From: an uncultured Elusimicrobia bacterium
GTDB lineage: Bacteria > Elusimicrobiota > Elusimicrobia > 2-01-FULL-59-12
DNA length: 64,000 nt
Direction of reading: 5' to 3'
Assembly: GCA_963702895.1 (NCBI GenBank)
Contig: OY969767.1
Location: forward strand, 544,001-608,000
Shown here: positions 18,890-27,581 of the stretch, one piece after another
Numbering within the stretch: position 1 is the first letter of the stretch
Layout: every line of letters starts with the position of its first letter
Translations under genes and position numbers: made by a program
Notes under the pieces: generated by a model
What the model was told of the DNA's origin: nothing
The model's database searches: none
Seen by the model: the letters and a program-made list of their open reading frames with translations, nothing else

Positions 18890-20129
18890 CTCCGAGCGTG
18901 GTGGGGCGCTCATCGCGACGACCGTCATCAGTGTCCTCATGCTGGGACTGCTCGTTTGGTATCTCTCGCAGGCCAGTCTGACGGCGAGGCTGCAAACCCA
19001 TGAGCACTCCGCGGTGGTCGCCCTCCACTATGCGGAAACCGGGCTGCTGCTGGCCGAACAGGCGCTTCAATCTCCCAGCGTGCTGGCGGGGACAGGCACG
19101 GTGACGGAATCGCGTGAAATGCCGAATGGCCGCTGCGCCTATACCCTCTTCAGGTCATCGCCTCTCAAGGAGGATCCGAGCGGGGTCAACCCCTTCCAAC
19201 AAGTGTTGGTCGATGCGTATGCGACGGGATATTTCTATTTGGGCCAAGGCGCGGTGGTCGATCCCACCAATGGGCGTGCTGCGCAGTTGGCCGTTCTACG
19301 GGCCAAGATTGGCTTTCAGGCCGCCGGTAGTTTTCTTGTCGCTTCTCCCGGCCGCCTGCGGGTCGCCCAAGGAACGACCGCTCATTATGGCCCGATGTAC
19401 GCGCGCGAACTGATCTTCGCTCAGGATCCTGACCCTCTTCAACTCAACACCGTTATCGACGGGGCCTTTTTCGGGGACACGGTCAAACGCCATGACGGTT
19501 TCTTCGAGCCTTCCCCTGACTATGTTATTTTTGATTCGACCGGCGGCGCTCAACCCATTGGCACGATTCCTCACTTTCCGGCTCTTGGTGGGACCATCAG
19601 GGCTTATTACAAATCCCTGGCGGCCAGCGAAGGCAGCCGGCTGGCGGACGGAGCGAGCCTTGACGGGCGCACAGCGCCTCCCATCAACAACCCCTTCCCG
19701 ATCTATTACTGCCAAGGGGACCTGCATCTCGGCCGGGTGATGGGATTTGAGCCTGCCCGGAATATGATCGTTTACGTCGAGGGTGATTTGTTCATCCACA
19801 ACTCCATGCGCGAAGTGAGCCATTCGTGGGCGGCGTTTCTGGTCGAAAAAGATATTCGATTGGAAGTGTCTGCATCGGCTGCAGAGTTACTCTTGAGAGG
19901 GACCTTTATGGCCAACGGTGCTCTGCGATGGGACGGGAGTCAACCGCCTTCCAGGTCGTTCACCATCAGTCTCACCGGGAGTTTGCTCGCCGGAAAGGGC
20001 TTCGATGAATTCGCCGGCAGGACTCCCATGAAATTCATCCGCTGGCAGGTCGATGACGCCATCCTTCCGCTTCCTCGCTTGACCCAGCTGCTGGAGACTG
20101 AAATCGTGAAGGGCAAATACCGGCGATAA
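18858..20129 (+). CDS. PilX/GspK-like pilin-related protein
   Basis: ERG|GALI..hydrophobic; A..YAETGL; C-terminal repeats (YxxGDL). Confidence 0.65.
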   Translation: MWCAVWPSRINSERGGALIATTVISVLMLGLLVWYLSQASLTARLQTHEHSAVVALHYAETGLLLAEQALQSPSVLAGTGTVTESREMPNGRCAYTLFRSSPLKEDPSGVNPFQQVLVDAYATGYFYLGQGAVVDPTNGRAAQLAVLRAKIGFQAAGSFLVASPGRLRVAQGTTAHYGPMYARELIFAQDPDPLQLNTVIDGAFFGDTVKRHDGFFEPSPDYVIFDSTGGAQPIGTIPHFPALGGTIRAYYKSLAASEGSRLADGASLDGRTAPPINNPFPIYYCQGDLHLGRVMGFEPARNMIVYVEGDLFIHNSMREVSHSWAAFLVEKDIRLEVSASAAELLLRGTFMANGALRWDGSQPPSRSFTISLTGSLLAGKGFDEFAGRTPMKFIRWQVDDAILPLPRLTQLLETEIVKGKYRR

Positions 20130-20230
20130 ACGGCCATCTCGTAAGCGCCTCAACAAGTTAGACGTCCTGGTTGAACGGGTTGGTCTCACCGGCGGCCCGC
20201 CGGAGGCGAGATCCGCCATGGGCGACTCGC

Positions 20231-20590
20231 TTAGGCTGCTTGATTCGATTGGTCGATCTCGTAGGCGGCCGCGTCACGCAACATGCGGGCCGTCACGAAG
20301 TGTTCGAGGTCTCTGTACAGGGTGATGCTCGGCCATTGGGGGCCATTTTCGGGCTTGCCGCGGAACGTCAAGTGGACGACGGCGAATTCGGCGATCGGGT
20401 GACCTTTGAGCTGAAACAGAATGTCGTCCGCGTGGCAGGTGCGCCCCACGGCTTTCACTCGCACGCCGTATAGAGGATGGTCGAGACTCACTTCCATGCG
20501 AAGCTCGTTCTCATAGGCTTCGCGCCCGCGCTCGGAGACGGGCACCCAGGGATCTATCCACGGAAAATCTTTGAAGTTCTTCGCGTCCAC
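20231..20590 (-). CDS. Hypothetical protein
   Basis: 119-aa ORF with GTG start; protein-like composition (ELRMEVSLDHPLYG, DDILF, FAVVHLT). Confidence 0.6.
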   Translation of the reverse strand: MDAKNFKDFPWIDPWVPVSERGREAYENELRMEVSLDHPLYGVRVKAVGRTCHADDILFQLKGHPIAEFAVVHLTFRGKPENGPQWPSITLYRDLEHFVTARMLRDAAAYEIDQSNQAA

Positions 20591-20660
20591 CTTAGGGCAA
20601 GCTTACCCGAAGCCGGCAAAATATCAAGAGGAAATTTGATAACATAACCGCCGTCTCGCC

Positions 20661-20879
20661 GTGCAAGGAACTCCCAACATGTGGCGGCATCTCTACGCAG
20701 GCACAAGCCTGGCGCTCACGATCCTTTCCGGCACCTTTGTTGGGATTTGGATGGACCGTCACTGGCATTTCGGACCCTGGGGAACGCTGCTCGGCGTGTT
20801 TGTGGGAATTGGCGCGGGACTCTATAATTTTATCCGGGAATTTTCACATGAGTCTGAAAAGAACGATCGCGGGTCTTAG
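20661..20879 (+). CDS. AtpZ/AtpI family protein (ATPase gene 1)
   Basis: G.WMDR.W..GPWG.L.G motif; heads the atp operon. Confidence 0.8.
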   Translation: MQGTPNMWRHLYAGTSLALTILSGTFVGIWMDRHWHFGPWGTLLGVFVGIGAGLYNFIREFSHESEKNDRGS

Positions 20880-21207
20880 CTCGCTTGCCCTTGCCACGGC
20901 CCTTTTGGCGTTCCTCTCGAAGGCCTTTCACCCGTCCGGCTTTGCATGGACGGCATTCTTGCTTCTGGTCGCTGGATTTCAAAGCATGGTGGCCTTTGGG
21001 GGTCTGGGATGGGCGCTGGAGCGGCCTGGCAAAGCTTTTTTTTCCATTTTTGTGGGCGATGCTCTCTTGAAGCTCGTCTGGCTGGGTTTTGCGGTTTACT
21101 GGCTTGGGTCACGTTCGATGCCGTACGCGGCGCCGCTTCTTTCTCTCGGGTATGCCTATTTGCTTTTGTCGATTGTTCAAATCCCATTCTTTCACAGGGC
21201 AAGGTAA
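20848..21207 (+). CDS. ATP synthase subunit I-like membrane protein
   Basis: Four hydrophobic helices immediately upstream of atpB. Confidence 0.6.
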   Translation: MSLKRTIAGLSSLALATALLAFLSKAFHPSGFAWTAFLLLVAGFQSMVAFGGLGWALERPGKAFFSIFVGDALLKLVWLGFAVYWLGSRSMPYAAPLLSLGYAYLLLSIVQIPFFHRAR

Positions 21208-21956
21208 TGGACTTTGTCGAGATCCTCGAACATCACCTCCTGGACCATCCAATCGCGCCACTCTTTACCGTAGGAAAACTCACCTTCTACCTCACCAAAC
21301 ATAATCTGATGATGGTGATCGCGAGCGTGCTCCTCTTGTGTCTGTTGCTCTTCGCCCGCCGGCAGTCCGGCAAGATCAGCACCGGGTGGGCCAATTTCTT
21401 TGAGGTGTTCATCGTCTATCTCCGCGATGAGATCGTGCGGCCGAATCTTGGTGAGGCGGGCGATAAATATCTCTCCTATTTTCTGACCCTCTTCTTTTTT
21501 ATTCTCTTTTGCAATCTGCTGGGTCTGGTTCCCTATGGCGCGACGGCGACCGGCAATATCGCGGTCACCGCGGCCATGGCCATGATGACGTTTCTCTTGA
21601 TCAACGTTGCTGGGGTTCGGGAACTGGGTTTTGTTCATTACGTCCAGACTTACATTCCTCGCGGTCTCCCGTTTTGGCTCGTGCCGCTCGTGTTTTTGAT
21701 TGAAATCCTCGGGCTCTTCACGAAATCCTTTGCTTTGTGCATTCGTCTTTTCGCGAACATGATCGCCGGCCATATTGTGATTTTGGCCTTTGTCGCGCTC
21801 ATCTTTATCTTCAAGTCGATCTTGATCGCGCCCATCTCCATTGCCGCCGCGGTGGGACTGGGGCTGCTCGAGCTTTTTGTCGCTTTTTTGCAGGCGTATG
21901 TCTTTACGTTGTTGACGGCTGTATTTGTCGGAGGAGCTGTAAACCCTCAACACTGA
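21207..21956 (+). CDS. atpB: ATP synthase Fo subunit a
   Basis: NLLGLVP, ATGNI, IRLFANMIAGH, LQAYVF. Confidence 0.96.
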   Translation: MDFVEILEHHLLDHPIAPLFTVGKLTFYLTKHNLMMVIASVLLLCLLLFARRQSGKISTGWANFFEVFIVYLRDEIVRPNLGEAGDKYLSYFLTLFFFILFCNLLGLVPYGATATGNIAVTAAMAMMTFLLINVAGVRELGFVHYVQTYIPRGLPFWLVPLVFLIEILGLFTKSFALCIRLFANMIAGHIVILAFVALIFIFKSILIAPISIAAAVGLGLLELFVAFLQAYVFTLLTAVFVGGAVNPQH

Positions 21957-21962
21957 AGAGCT

Positions 21963-22036
21963 CCTTCCCCCTTGATGGGGGAAGGTGGGGATGGGGGTGT
22001 CCCCCCACCTCAGTCCTCCCCCACGAGGGGGGAGGA
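21963..22036. repeat. Double-hairpin repeat related to the CCCTCTCCC family
   Basis: ccttccccc-ttgat-gggggaagg and tcctccccc-acga-gggggagga. Confidence 0.75.
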
Positions 22037-22107
22037 AGGATAAGTTGAGGAGGTCGGACCCAGGGCGGACGGCAAAGCACCTGGAATGAACATAAAGGAG
22101 ACACCCC

Positions 22108-22395
22108 ATGCTACACATCGGACTAGGTTATTTAGGCGTGACGCTTGGCGCGGGAGTCTGTATGCTCGCGGCCGCAGGCGGAATCTCGAAGCTGGCGAGC
22201 GCCGCCCTTGAAGGCACCGCACGTCAGCCGGAAGCGGCAGGAAACCTGCGGACCTCGATGCTGATCCCTGCGGCCTTGATTGAAGGCCTTGGGTTCTTTG
22301 CTCTGGTCATCTGTCTGCTCGCCGGGCTGGCCATCAACGGCGCTGTCTCGAAGGGCGCCAGCGAAGCAGTGCCAGCGGCCACTTCAAGTCACTAG
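22108..22395 (+). CDS. atpE: ATP synthase Fo subunit c
   Basis: ARQPE loop, AALIEG; SD aaggag. Confidence 0.95.
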   Translation: MLHIGLGYLGVTLGAGVCMLAAAGGISKLASAALEGTARQPEAAGNLRTSMLIPAALIEGLGFFALVICLLAGLAINGAVSKGASEAVPAATSSH

Positions 22396-22412
22396 ATCTT
22401 GACACAAATCCC

Positions 22413-22508
22413 CCTTCTCCCGACACAAGGTCGGGAGAAGGTCGGGATGAGGGCAAGTGTTACAATTCTGCCCTCACCCTCCCCTCTCCCACCTGCGGCG
22501 GGAGAGGG
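22413..22508. repeat. CCCTCACCC/CCCTCTCCC palindromic element, inverted pair
   Basis: ccttctcccgac..gtcgggagaagg...gggatgagggca...tgccctcaccct..ccctctccc..gggagaggg. Confidence 0.88.
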
Positions 22509-22530
22509 AGTCGACTAAAGGAACTGTGAT

Positions 22531-23031
22531 ATGGAAAACCTCTTAAAACCCGACACGGGCCTCATGATATGGACGATCGTGATTTTTACGCTCCTTGTCC
22601 TTCTCTTAGGCAAGGTCGCCTGGAAACCGCTGCTCACGGCGCTTAAAGAGCGCGAAGACGGCATTCGCAAAGCGATCGAAGACGCTGCCTCCGCCAGGCA
22701 GTCGGCAGACGCGCTGAAGACCCAGTATGAGCAGGAACTTGTGCGGGCCCAGGACAAGGCCGCTGACATCCTGGCTCAGACAAAGGTCGAGGCACAACAA
22801 CTTCGTGATCAGATGATGAAAGATGCCGAAGCACAATCCCATCGGATGCTGGAGCAAACCAAGCGCCAATTGGATGATGAAAAGGTGAAGATCACGCAGG
22901 AGCTTAAGCAGGAAGTCGCGGGTCTCTCCGTGCGCGTGGCGGAAAAGCTCTTGCGTCACGCCATGAACGCCAAAGAGCAGGAGGCGCTGGTGGCGGGGTT
23001 TGTGAAGGAGTTGGAGAAGGAGAATAACTGA
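22531..23031 (+). CDS. atpF: ATP synthase Fo subunit b
   Basis: PDTGLMIWT..F..L...AWKP, coiled coil. Confidence 0.95.
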   Translation: MENLLKPDTGLMIWTIVIFTLLVLLLGKVAWKPLLTALKEREDGIRKAIEDAASARQSADALKTQYEQELVRAQDKAADILAQTKVEAQQLRDQMMKDAEAQSHRMLEQTKRQLDDEKVKITQELKQEVAGLSVRVAEKLLRHAMNAKEQEALVAGFVKELEKENN

Positions 23032-23042
23032 CGGGCGCAGCC

Positions 23043-23153
23043 CGTCACCCCGGCGTGTCGTAAGCCGGGGTCCACGGATGAAAAATATAGACATGATGGA
23101 TCCCCCGCTTACGACCGCGGGGGATGACGTCAAATGCGGCATGCCGGGATGAC
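23043..23153. repeat. CGTC-tagged palindromic element
   Basis: cgtcaccccggc..gccggggtccacggatga...tggatcccccgcttacgaccgcgggggatgacg, plus an extra gccgggatgac. Confidence 0.88.
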
Positions 23154-23164
23154 AAGCAGGGACT

Positions 23165-23701
23165 ATGAAGAACCTCGTCGTTGCAAGAAAATACGCCCAG
23201 GCGCTCTTCGCTGAGGTGCAGTCAAAAAATGAGCTCCAGGCCGTGCAGCAAGGGCTTGAGGAGTTTGTGCGCGTGGCGCGTTTCAAAGCAGAACTCAAGC
23301 AGGTGCTGGCGCACCCTTTTATTGATCTGGCAGAAAAGAAGAACGTGATTCATGCCGTTTTGGGGGGCTCCGCCATGCCGGTTCTGGAAAAGTTTCTCAT
23401 GCTTCTGGTTTCGCGGCGCAGACTCGACCAGTTGTACCCGATCGCCTTGGAGTTTAAGACGCTCGTCGGCCTATGGATGAAAGTGCAGTCGCTGAGCGTC
23501 ACGACGGCTTTTGCGCTCTCTGACACTCAGCAAAAGCTTTTACAGGAAAAGCTCGAGAAATGGTGTTCTTCCAAGGTGCATATGGACGTGCAGGTGGACG
23601 AGTCTCTCATCGGGGGGCTTGTCGTTCAGAGCCGTGACTATGTGCTGGACCAGAGTTTGAAAGGACAACTCAAGAAGCTCGAGCAACAATTGACGGCCTA
23701 G
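23165..23701 (+). CDS. atpH: ATP synthase F1 subunit delta
   Basis: ARKYAQALF, VDESLIGG, DQSLKGQL. Confidence 0.95.
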   Translation: MKNLVVARKYAQALFAEVQSKNELQAVQQGLEEFVRVARFKAELKQVLAHPFIDLAEKKNVIHAVLGGSAMPVLEKFLMLLVSRRRLDQLYPIALEFKTLVGLWMKVQSLSVTTAFALSDTQQKLLQEKLEKWCSSKVHMDVQVDESLIGGLVVQSRDYVLDQSLKGQLKKLEQQLTA

Positions 23702-23706
23702 TTGGC

Positions 23707-23795
23707 CGTCATCCCCCACGGGTGTAAGTGGGGGATCCATCGTTTCTGAAGTTGAAATCGTGATAGATCCCCCGCTGACGGCCGCGGGGGATGAC
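23707..23795. repeat. CGTC-tagged palindromic element
   Basis: cgtcatccccca..tgggggatcca...agatcccccgctgacggccgcgggggatgac. Confidence 0.88.
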
Positions 23796-23820
23796 ATCAG
23801 AAAATATTTGGGAGTGAAAT

Positions 23821-25341
23821 ATGGCAATTAAGTCCGAAGAAATTACATCCGTTATTCAAAAACAACTCGAGAGCTTCGAGGGGAAGCTCGAGCTCACGGA
23901 GGTCGGCCATGTGCTGCAGGCCGGCGACGGCATCGCTCGGATCTATGGGTTGAAGAAGGCCATGGCCGGAGAACTGCTCGAGCTTCCGAACCATGTCTAT
24001 GGCATGGTGATGAATCTCGAAACGGATACGGTGGGCTGCGTTCTCTTTGGTGAGGATCACCTTATTAAGGAAGGCGATACAGTCAAGCGTACGGGCAAGG
24101 TCATGGAAGTGCCGGTGGGAGAAGCCATGATCGGCCGTGTCGTCAACCCCTTGGGCCAGCCCATCGATGGCAAGGGTTCCATCAAGACCTCCAAAACTCG
24201 TCTTGTGGAAGTGATCGCCCCTGGTATTGTGGAGCGTCAGCCGGTGAAAGAGCCGTTGCAAACGGGCCTTAAGGCGATTGACTCGATGATTCCCATTGGC
24301 CGTGGGCAGCGCGAGCTCATCATTGGCGACCGCCAGACCGGCAAGACCGCTGTGGTGGTTGACACCATCATCAACCAGAAAAGTGAAACCAGCAACAATC
24401 GACCCATTTGTATCTACGTGGCGATCGGGCAGAAACAATCCAATATCGCCCAAGTCGTGCAGAGACTCACAGATGTGGGGGCGATGGATTACACCGTTGT
24501 GGTCGCCGCGACCGCTTCAGACCCCGCGCCGCTTCAGTATCTGGCGCCCTACGCGGGATGCGCGATCGGCGAAGAGTTCATGTGGGCTGGCAAGCACGTT
24601 CTTTGTATCTATGACGACCTCTCCAAGCATGCCCAGGCCTACCGACAACTCTCACTTCTGCTTCGCCGCCCGCCCGGCCGCGAAGCCTATCCCGGCGACG
24701 TCTTCTATCTCCATTCGCGGCTCCTCGAGCGCGCCTGTAAACTCTCTGATAAGAACGGCAACGGTTCCCTCACCGCTCTGCCGATCATTGAGACCCAGGC
24801 CGGTGACGTTTCAGCCTACATTCCGACCAACGTCATCTCGATTACAGACGGCCAGATTTATCTGGAGTCCAATCTCTTCTACGCCGGCGTTCGCCCAGCC
24901 GTGAACGTCGGGTTGTCGGTTTCGCGGGTCGGCGGTTCGGCCCAGATCAAAGCGATGCGCCAGGTCGCGGGGAAGCTGCGCCTGGACCTCGCCCAATACA
25001 ATGAGCTCGCGGCTTTTGCGCAGTTCGGTTCGGACCTCGATAAGGCGTCATTGGCGCAGCTGGAACGCGGCAAGCGCATGGTCGAATTGCTCAAGCAGGA
25101 TCAATATGTGCCCATGCCCGTTGAGCAGCAGGTGGCGGTCCTTTACGCCGGGTCCAACGGCTTTGTCGATGACGTCCCGGTGGAGGCGATCCGCCGTTGG
25201 GAGGGCGAGTTCCTGGCCTTCCTCGATCGCCGCCACGCGGAGTTGCTGAAGACCGTCCGCGAAAAGAAAATCATTGATGACACGCTCAAGCCGCAGCTTG
25301 AGAGTGCGATAAAAGAATTTAAGGGAACGTTTAAAGCTTGA
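23821..25341 (+). CDS. atpA: ATP synthase F1 subunit alpha
   Basis: [29 protein letters not shown]. Confidence 0.98.
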   Translation: MAIKSEEITSVIQKQLESFEGKLELTEVGHVLQAGDGIARIYGLKKAMAGELLELPNHVYGMVMNLETDTVGCVLFGEDHLIKEGDTVKRTGKVMEVPVGEAMIGRVVNPLGQPIDGKGSIKTSKTRLVEVIAPGIVERQPVKEPLQTGLKAIDSMIPIGRGQRELIIGDRQTGKTAVVVDTIINQKSETSNNRPICIYVAIGQKQSNIAQVVQRLTDVGAMDYTVVVAATASDPAPLQYLAPYAGCAIGEEFMWAGKHVLCIYDDLSKHAQAYRQLSLLLRRPPGREAYPGDVFYLHSRLLERACKLSDKNGNGSLTALPIIETQAGDVSAYIPTNVISITDGQIYLESNLFYAGVRPAVNVGLSVSRVGGSAQIKAMRQVAGKLRLDLAQYNELAAFAQFGSDLDKASLAQLERGKRMVELLKQDQYVPMPVEQQVAVLYAGSNGFVDDVPVEAIRRWEGEFLAFLDRRHAELLKTVREKKIIDDTLKPQLESAIKEFKGTFKA

Positions 25342-25346
25342 AATGG

Positions 25347-25379
25347 TGTCACCCCGGCGGATAGTGGGCCGGGATGACG
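25347..25379. repeat. Short CGTC-family hairpin
   Basis: gtcaccccggc...gccgggatgac. Confidence 0.75.
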
Positions 25380-25392
25380 CCAAAGGCAAATA

Positions 25393-25425
25393 ATGGCCTC
25401 GCTATGCGAAATCCGGCAGATCATT
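25393..25425 (+). pseudogene. Decayed duplicate of the atpG 5' end
   Basis: atggcctcgctatgcgaaatccggcagatcatt versus atpG atgccttccttgcgcgaaatccggcggaagata. Confidence 0.75.
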
Positions 25426-25429
25426 GGTC

Positions 25430-26032
25430 ATGGTTGACAGACAGACTCATCCAAAGCTCTATGTGATCGCCGGGCCCAATGGCGCGGGCAAGACAACCTT
25501 CGCGAGGGAATATTTGCCCCGGTTTGCGAAGTGTGACGAGTTTGTAAATAGTGATTTGATTGCCGTAGGAATTGCTCCTTTTGATCCAAGGTCAGCAGCC
25601 CTTGAGGCGGGTCGGATTATGGTCAGTCGGCTGCGTCACTTGGCAGAACAGAACGAAACGTTCGCTTTTGAGACAACCCTCTCGGGGACCAGTCATGTGC
25701 GGCTGCTGAAGCAGGCCAAACGGTCGGGTTTTAGGGTTACCTTGATGTATCTGTGGCTGCCCCATGTCGGGCTGGCCCTTCGCCGCGTGTGGGAGCGCGT
25801 GCAAAGTGGGGGGCATGCTGTACCGGAAGTCGATGTGCGGCGGCGGTTTGGGAGGAGTCTTTGGAATTTGTTTCATGTCTATAAGGCCATGGCAGATGAG
25901 CTCGTTGTGTTTGATAACGCAGGGCGTGTGCCGCATCTCGTAGCACATTCCTCCAGCGGTCGGTTGAAAGTGTGGGATCTTGAGCGCTGGGGCCACATTC
26001 AAGAAGGGATGGAGCTTCACCATGAAAGATAA
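25430..26032 (+). CDS. Zeta-toxin-like / AAA P-loop protein
   Basis: IAGPNGAGKTT, FVNSDLIA, FAFETTLSG, RV..GGH.VP, FDN. Confidence 0.85.
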   Translation: MVDRQTHPKLYVIAGPNGAGKTTFAREYLPRFAKCDEFVNSDLIAVGIAPFDPRSAALEAGRIMVSRLRHLAEQNETFAFETTLSGTSHVRLLKQAKRSGFRVTLMYLWLPHVGLALRRVWERVQSGGHAVPEVDVRRRFGRSLWNLFHVYKAMADELVVFDNAGRVPHLVAHSSSGRLKVWDLERWGHIQEGMELHHER

Positions 26033-26207
26033 GCCGAACAGGTTGGTGCAGGACGCTTTCAAAGCGCTCAAAATCGCGGTTGGACGTGCGCTGGCAGACC
26101 ACGCGCGCCTCGGCCATTCCGTTTATGTTTGGGAAGGCGGCAAGGTCGTGCGCATCTCTGCGGCGCGCCATCCGGCACGAAAAGCCCATCACCGGAAGGC
26201 GGCCTAG
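26022..26207 (+). CDS. Small partner protein of the P-loop gene (putative antitoxin)
   Basis: 61 aa, A..H...GHSVYVWEGGKVV; overlaps the upstream stop. Confidence 0.65.
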   Translation: MKDKPNRLVQDAFKALKIAVGRALADHARLGHSVYVWEGGKVVRISAARHPARKAHHRKAA

Positions 26208-26288
26208 TGGCATCCCTTTGCGCGCACCACTGGGGCATCGGCGGGTGTCCGCCGCGATGCAGTGGCGGACGAAATCAGGCGGAACCTA
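26207..26288 (+). pseudogene. Decayed atpG 5' duplicate interrupted by a 49-bp palindromic insert (26222-26270)
   Basis: gtggcatccctttgc[49 bp]gaaatcaggcggaac. Confidence 0.75.
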
Positions 26289-26304
26289 TGAGAGGTCTAG
26301 ACCA

Positions 26305-26640
26305 ATGATTCCCGCACTTAAGAGCAATGAAGAAATGGCTGTAAAAGAGTTGCGAGAGCGCTTGCGGGCTCTCTATGGGTCTCGTCTAAGGCAAACGATT
26401 CTCTATGGCAGCAAAGCCAGAGGTGATTCTGAGGAGGGCTCCGACATCGATGTGTTGGCGGTGATTGATAATCTGCCAGATCATCGAGCGGCTCGAAACC
26501 AGATTCTTCATGAGACAACGCCCATTGATCTGCGCCATGATGTGTTTTTGAGCGTTTTTGCTGTTGACTCTGATTATTTCAGGATGGCGGGAAAGGTCCC
26601 ATTTTACGCCAATGTGAAAGCGGAAGGGATTTCTTTATGA
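26305..26640 (+). CDS. Minimal nucleotidyltransferase (MNT antitoxin)
   Basis: LYGSKARGD...SDIDVL. Confidence 0.88.
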   Translation: MIPALKSNEEMAVKELRERLRALYGSRLRQTILYGSKARGDSEEGSDIDVLAVIDNLPDHRAARNQILHETTPIDLRHDVFLSVFAVDSDYFRMAGKVPFYANVKAEGISL

Positions 26641-27044
26641 CACCTCCCTCCGTTCCAGAGCAAATTATGGATCTTTGGAAAAAAGCGAATGAGAGCCTGG
26701 ATGCCGCGGCTGAGTTGTTGGAGAAGGGGCATGAAGAGTTTTCTGTGTCACGATCCTATTACGCCATGTTTTATGTGACGGAAGCGGTCCTAATGACGAA
26801 AGGACTCGCTTATGCCAAGCATAGCGCTGTCATTGCAACATTTGGGAAGCATTTCATTAAGACAGGTATTTTTGGAGCGGAATTGCGCGAGATGCTGGTC
26901 AAAGCTTTTGAGGATCGGACGGAAGGGGATTATGGAATGACCAATACGTTTTCGCCCGAAGAAGCGAAAGCCATTCTTCTTCGTGCAAAGGAGTTTTGTC
27001 AAACTCTAAGCCAATATCTACGAAAGTCAGGGCATATTCACTAA
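26637..27044 (+). CDS. HEPN domain protein
   Basis: SRSYYAMFY, KHSAVI..FG..F, R..GDY; ATGA overlap with MNT. Confidence 0.88.
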   Translation: MTPPSVPEQIMDLWKKANESLDAAAELLEKGHEEFSVSRSYYAMFYVTEAVLMTKGLAYAKHSAVIATFGKHFIKTGIFGAELREMLVKAFEDRTEGDYGMTNTFSPEEAKAILLRAKEFCQTLSQYLRKSGHIH

Positions 27045-27131
27045 TGGTGTCCCTTCGCGCCCACCACTGGGGCGCCGGCGGGCGTCCTCCGCGTTGCAGT
27101 GGCGGACGAAATCAGGAGGAAGATTAATTCC
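27044..27131 (+). pseudogene. Decayed atpG 5' duplicate interrupted by a 49-bp palindromic insert (27059-27107)
   Basis: atggtgtcccttcgc[49 bp]gaaatcaggaggaagattaattcc encodes MVSLR|EIRRKINS versus atpG MPSLREIRRKIKS. Confidence 0.85.
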
Positions 27132-27167
27132 ACTCTGAGATCCTATGAGTTTGGAGAGGAGATAACG

Positions 27168-27581
27168 ATGATTAAAAAGATGTCTCGTATCATTCAAGTC
27201 AAGGTGGCACTTCCTTTGTGCTTGTGCATATTCTTTTCTTCGGGGTGTACGCATTTTTCACCCATAGCCGTTTCGACGAGTTCGGTTAATCCTGAGCGTG
27301 AGATCGTCTTGGGCACCGCTCGAGGTAAGGCCACGAACATCTATTTCCTAGGGATGATTGATAGTAGCCGGATGGGGATGAAGGAAGCTATGGACGATGC
27401 TAAACGTCAGGTGGGGGCGGATAATCTGCTTAATGTGTATGTTGACCAGAAAACTACCTATTACCCTTTCATCCTGCTTCCGTTACTGGTCAAAAGTGAA
27501 ACATTTGTCACGGGTACAGCCATCCAATATAAGGACCGTTCATGGATAAAGCCCGAGCCAGCGGCTGGTAAAAAAGAATAA
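27168..27581 (+). CDS. Putative lipoprotein (TRL-like)
   Basis: SD aggag; lipobox-like SSGC; A.DA...GAD.LLNV.VD, T.VTGTAI. Confidence 0.65.
   Translation: MIKKMSRIIQVKVALPLCLCIFFSSGCTHFSPIAVSTSSVNPEREIVLGTARGKATNIYFLGMIDSSRMGMKEAMDDAKRQVGADNLLNVYVDQKTTYYPFILLPLLVKSETFVTGTAIQYKDRSWIKPEPAAGKKE

Noticed and set aside
26207..27131. Two ~75-bp direct repeats as a CRISPR array or IS ends
   Set aside because: Only two copies ~840 bp apart with genes between, and no cas or transposase; better explained as atpG 5' duplicates with an insert.
25424..27581. Prophage or ICE remnant, or classical integron
   Set aside because: No integrase, phage or conjugation genes, and no recognisable attC structure was seen.
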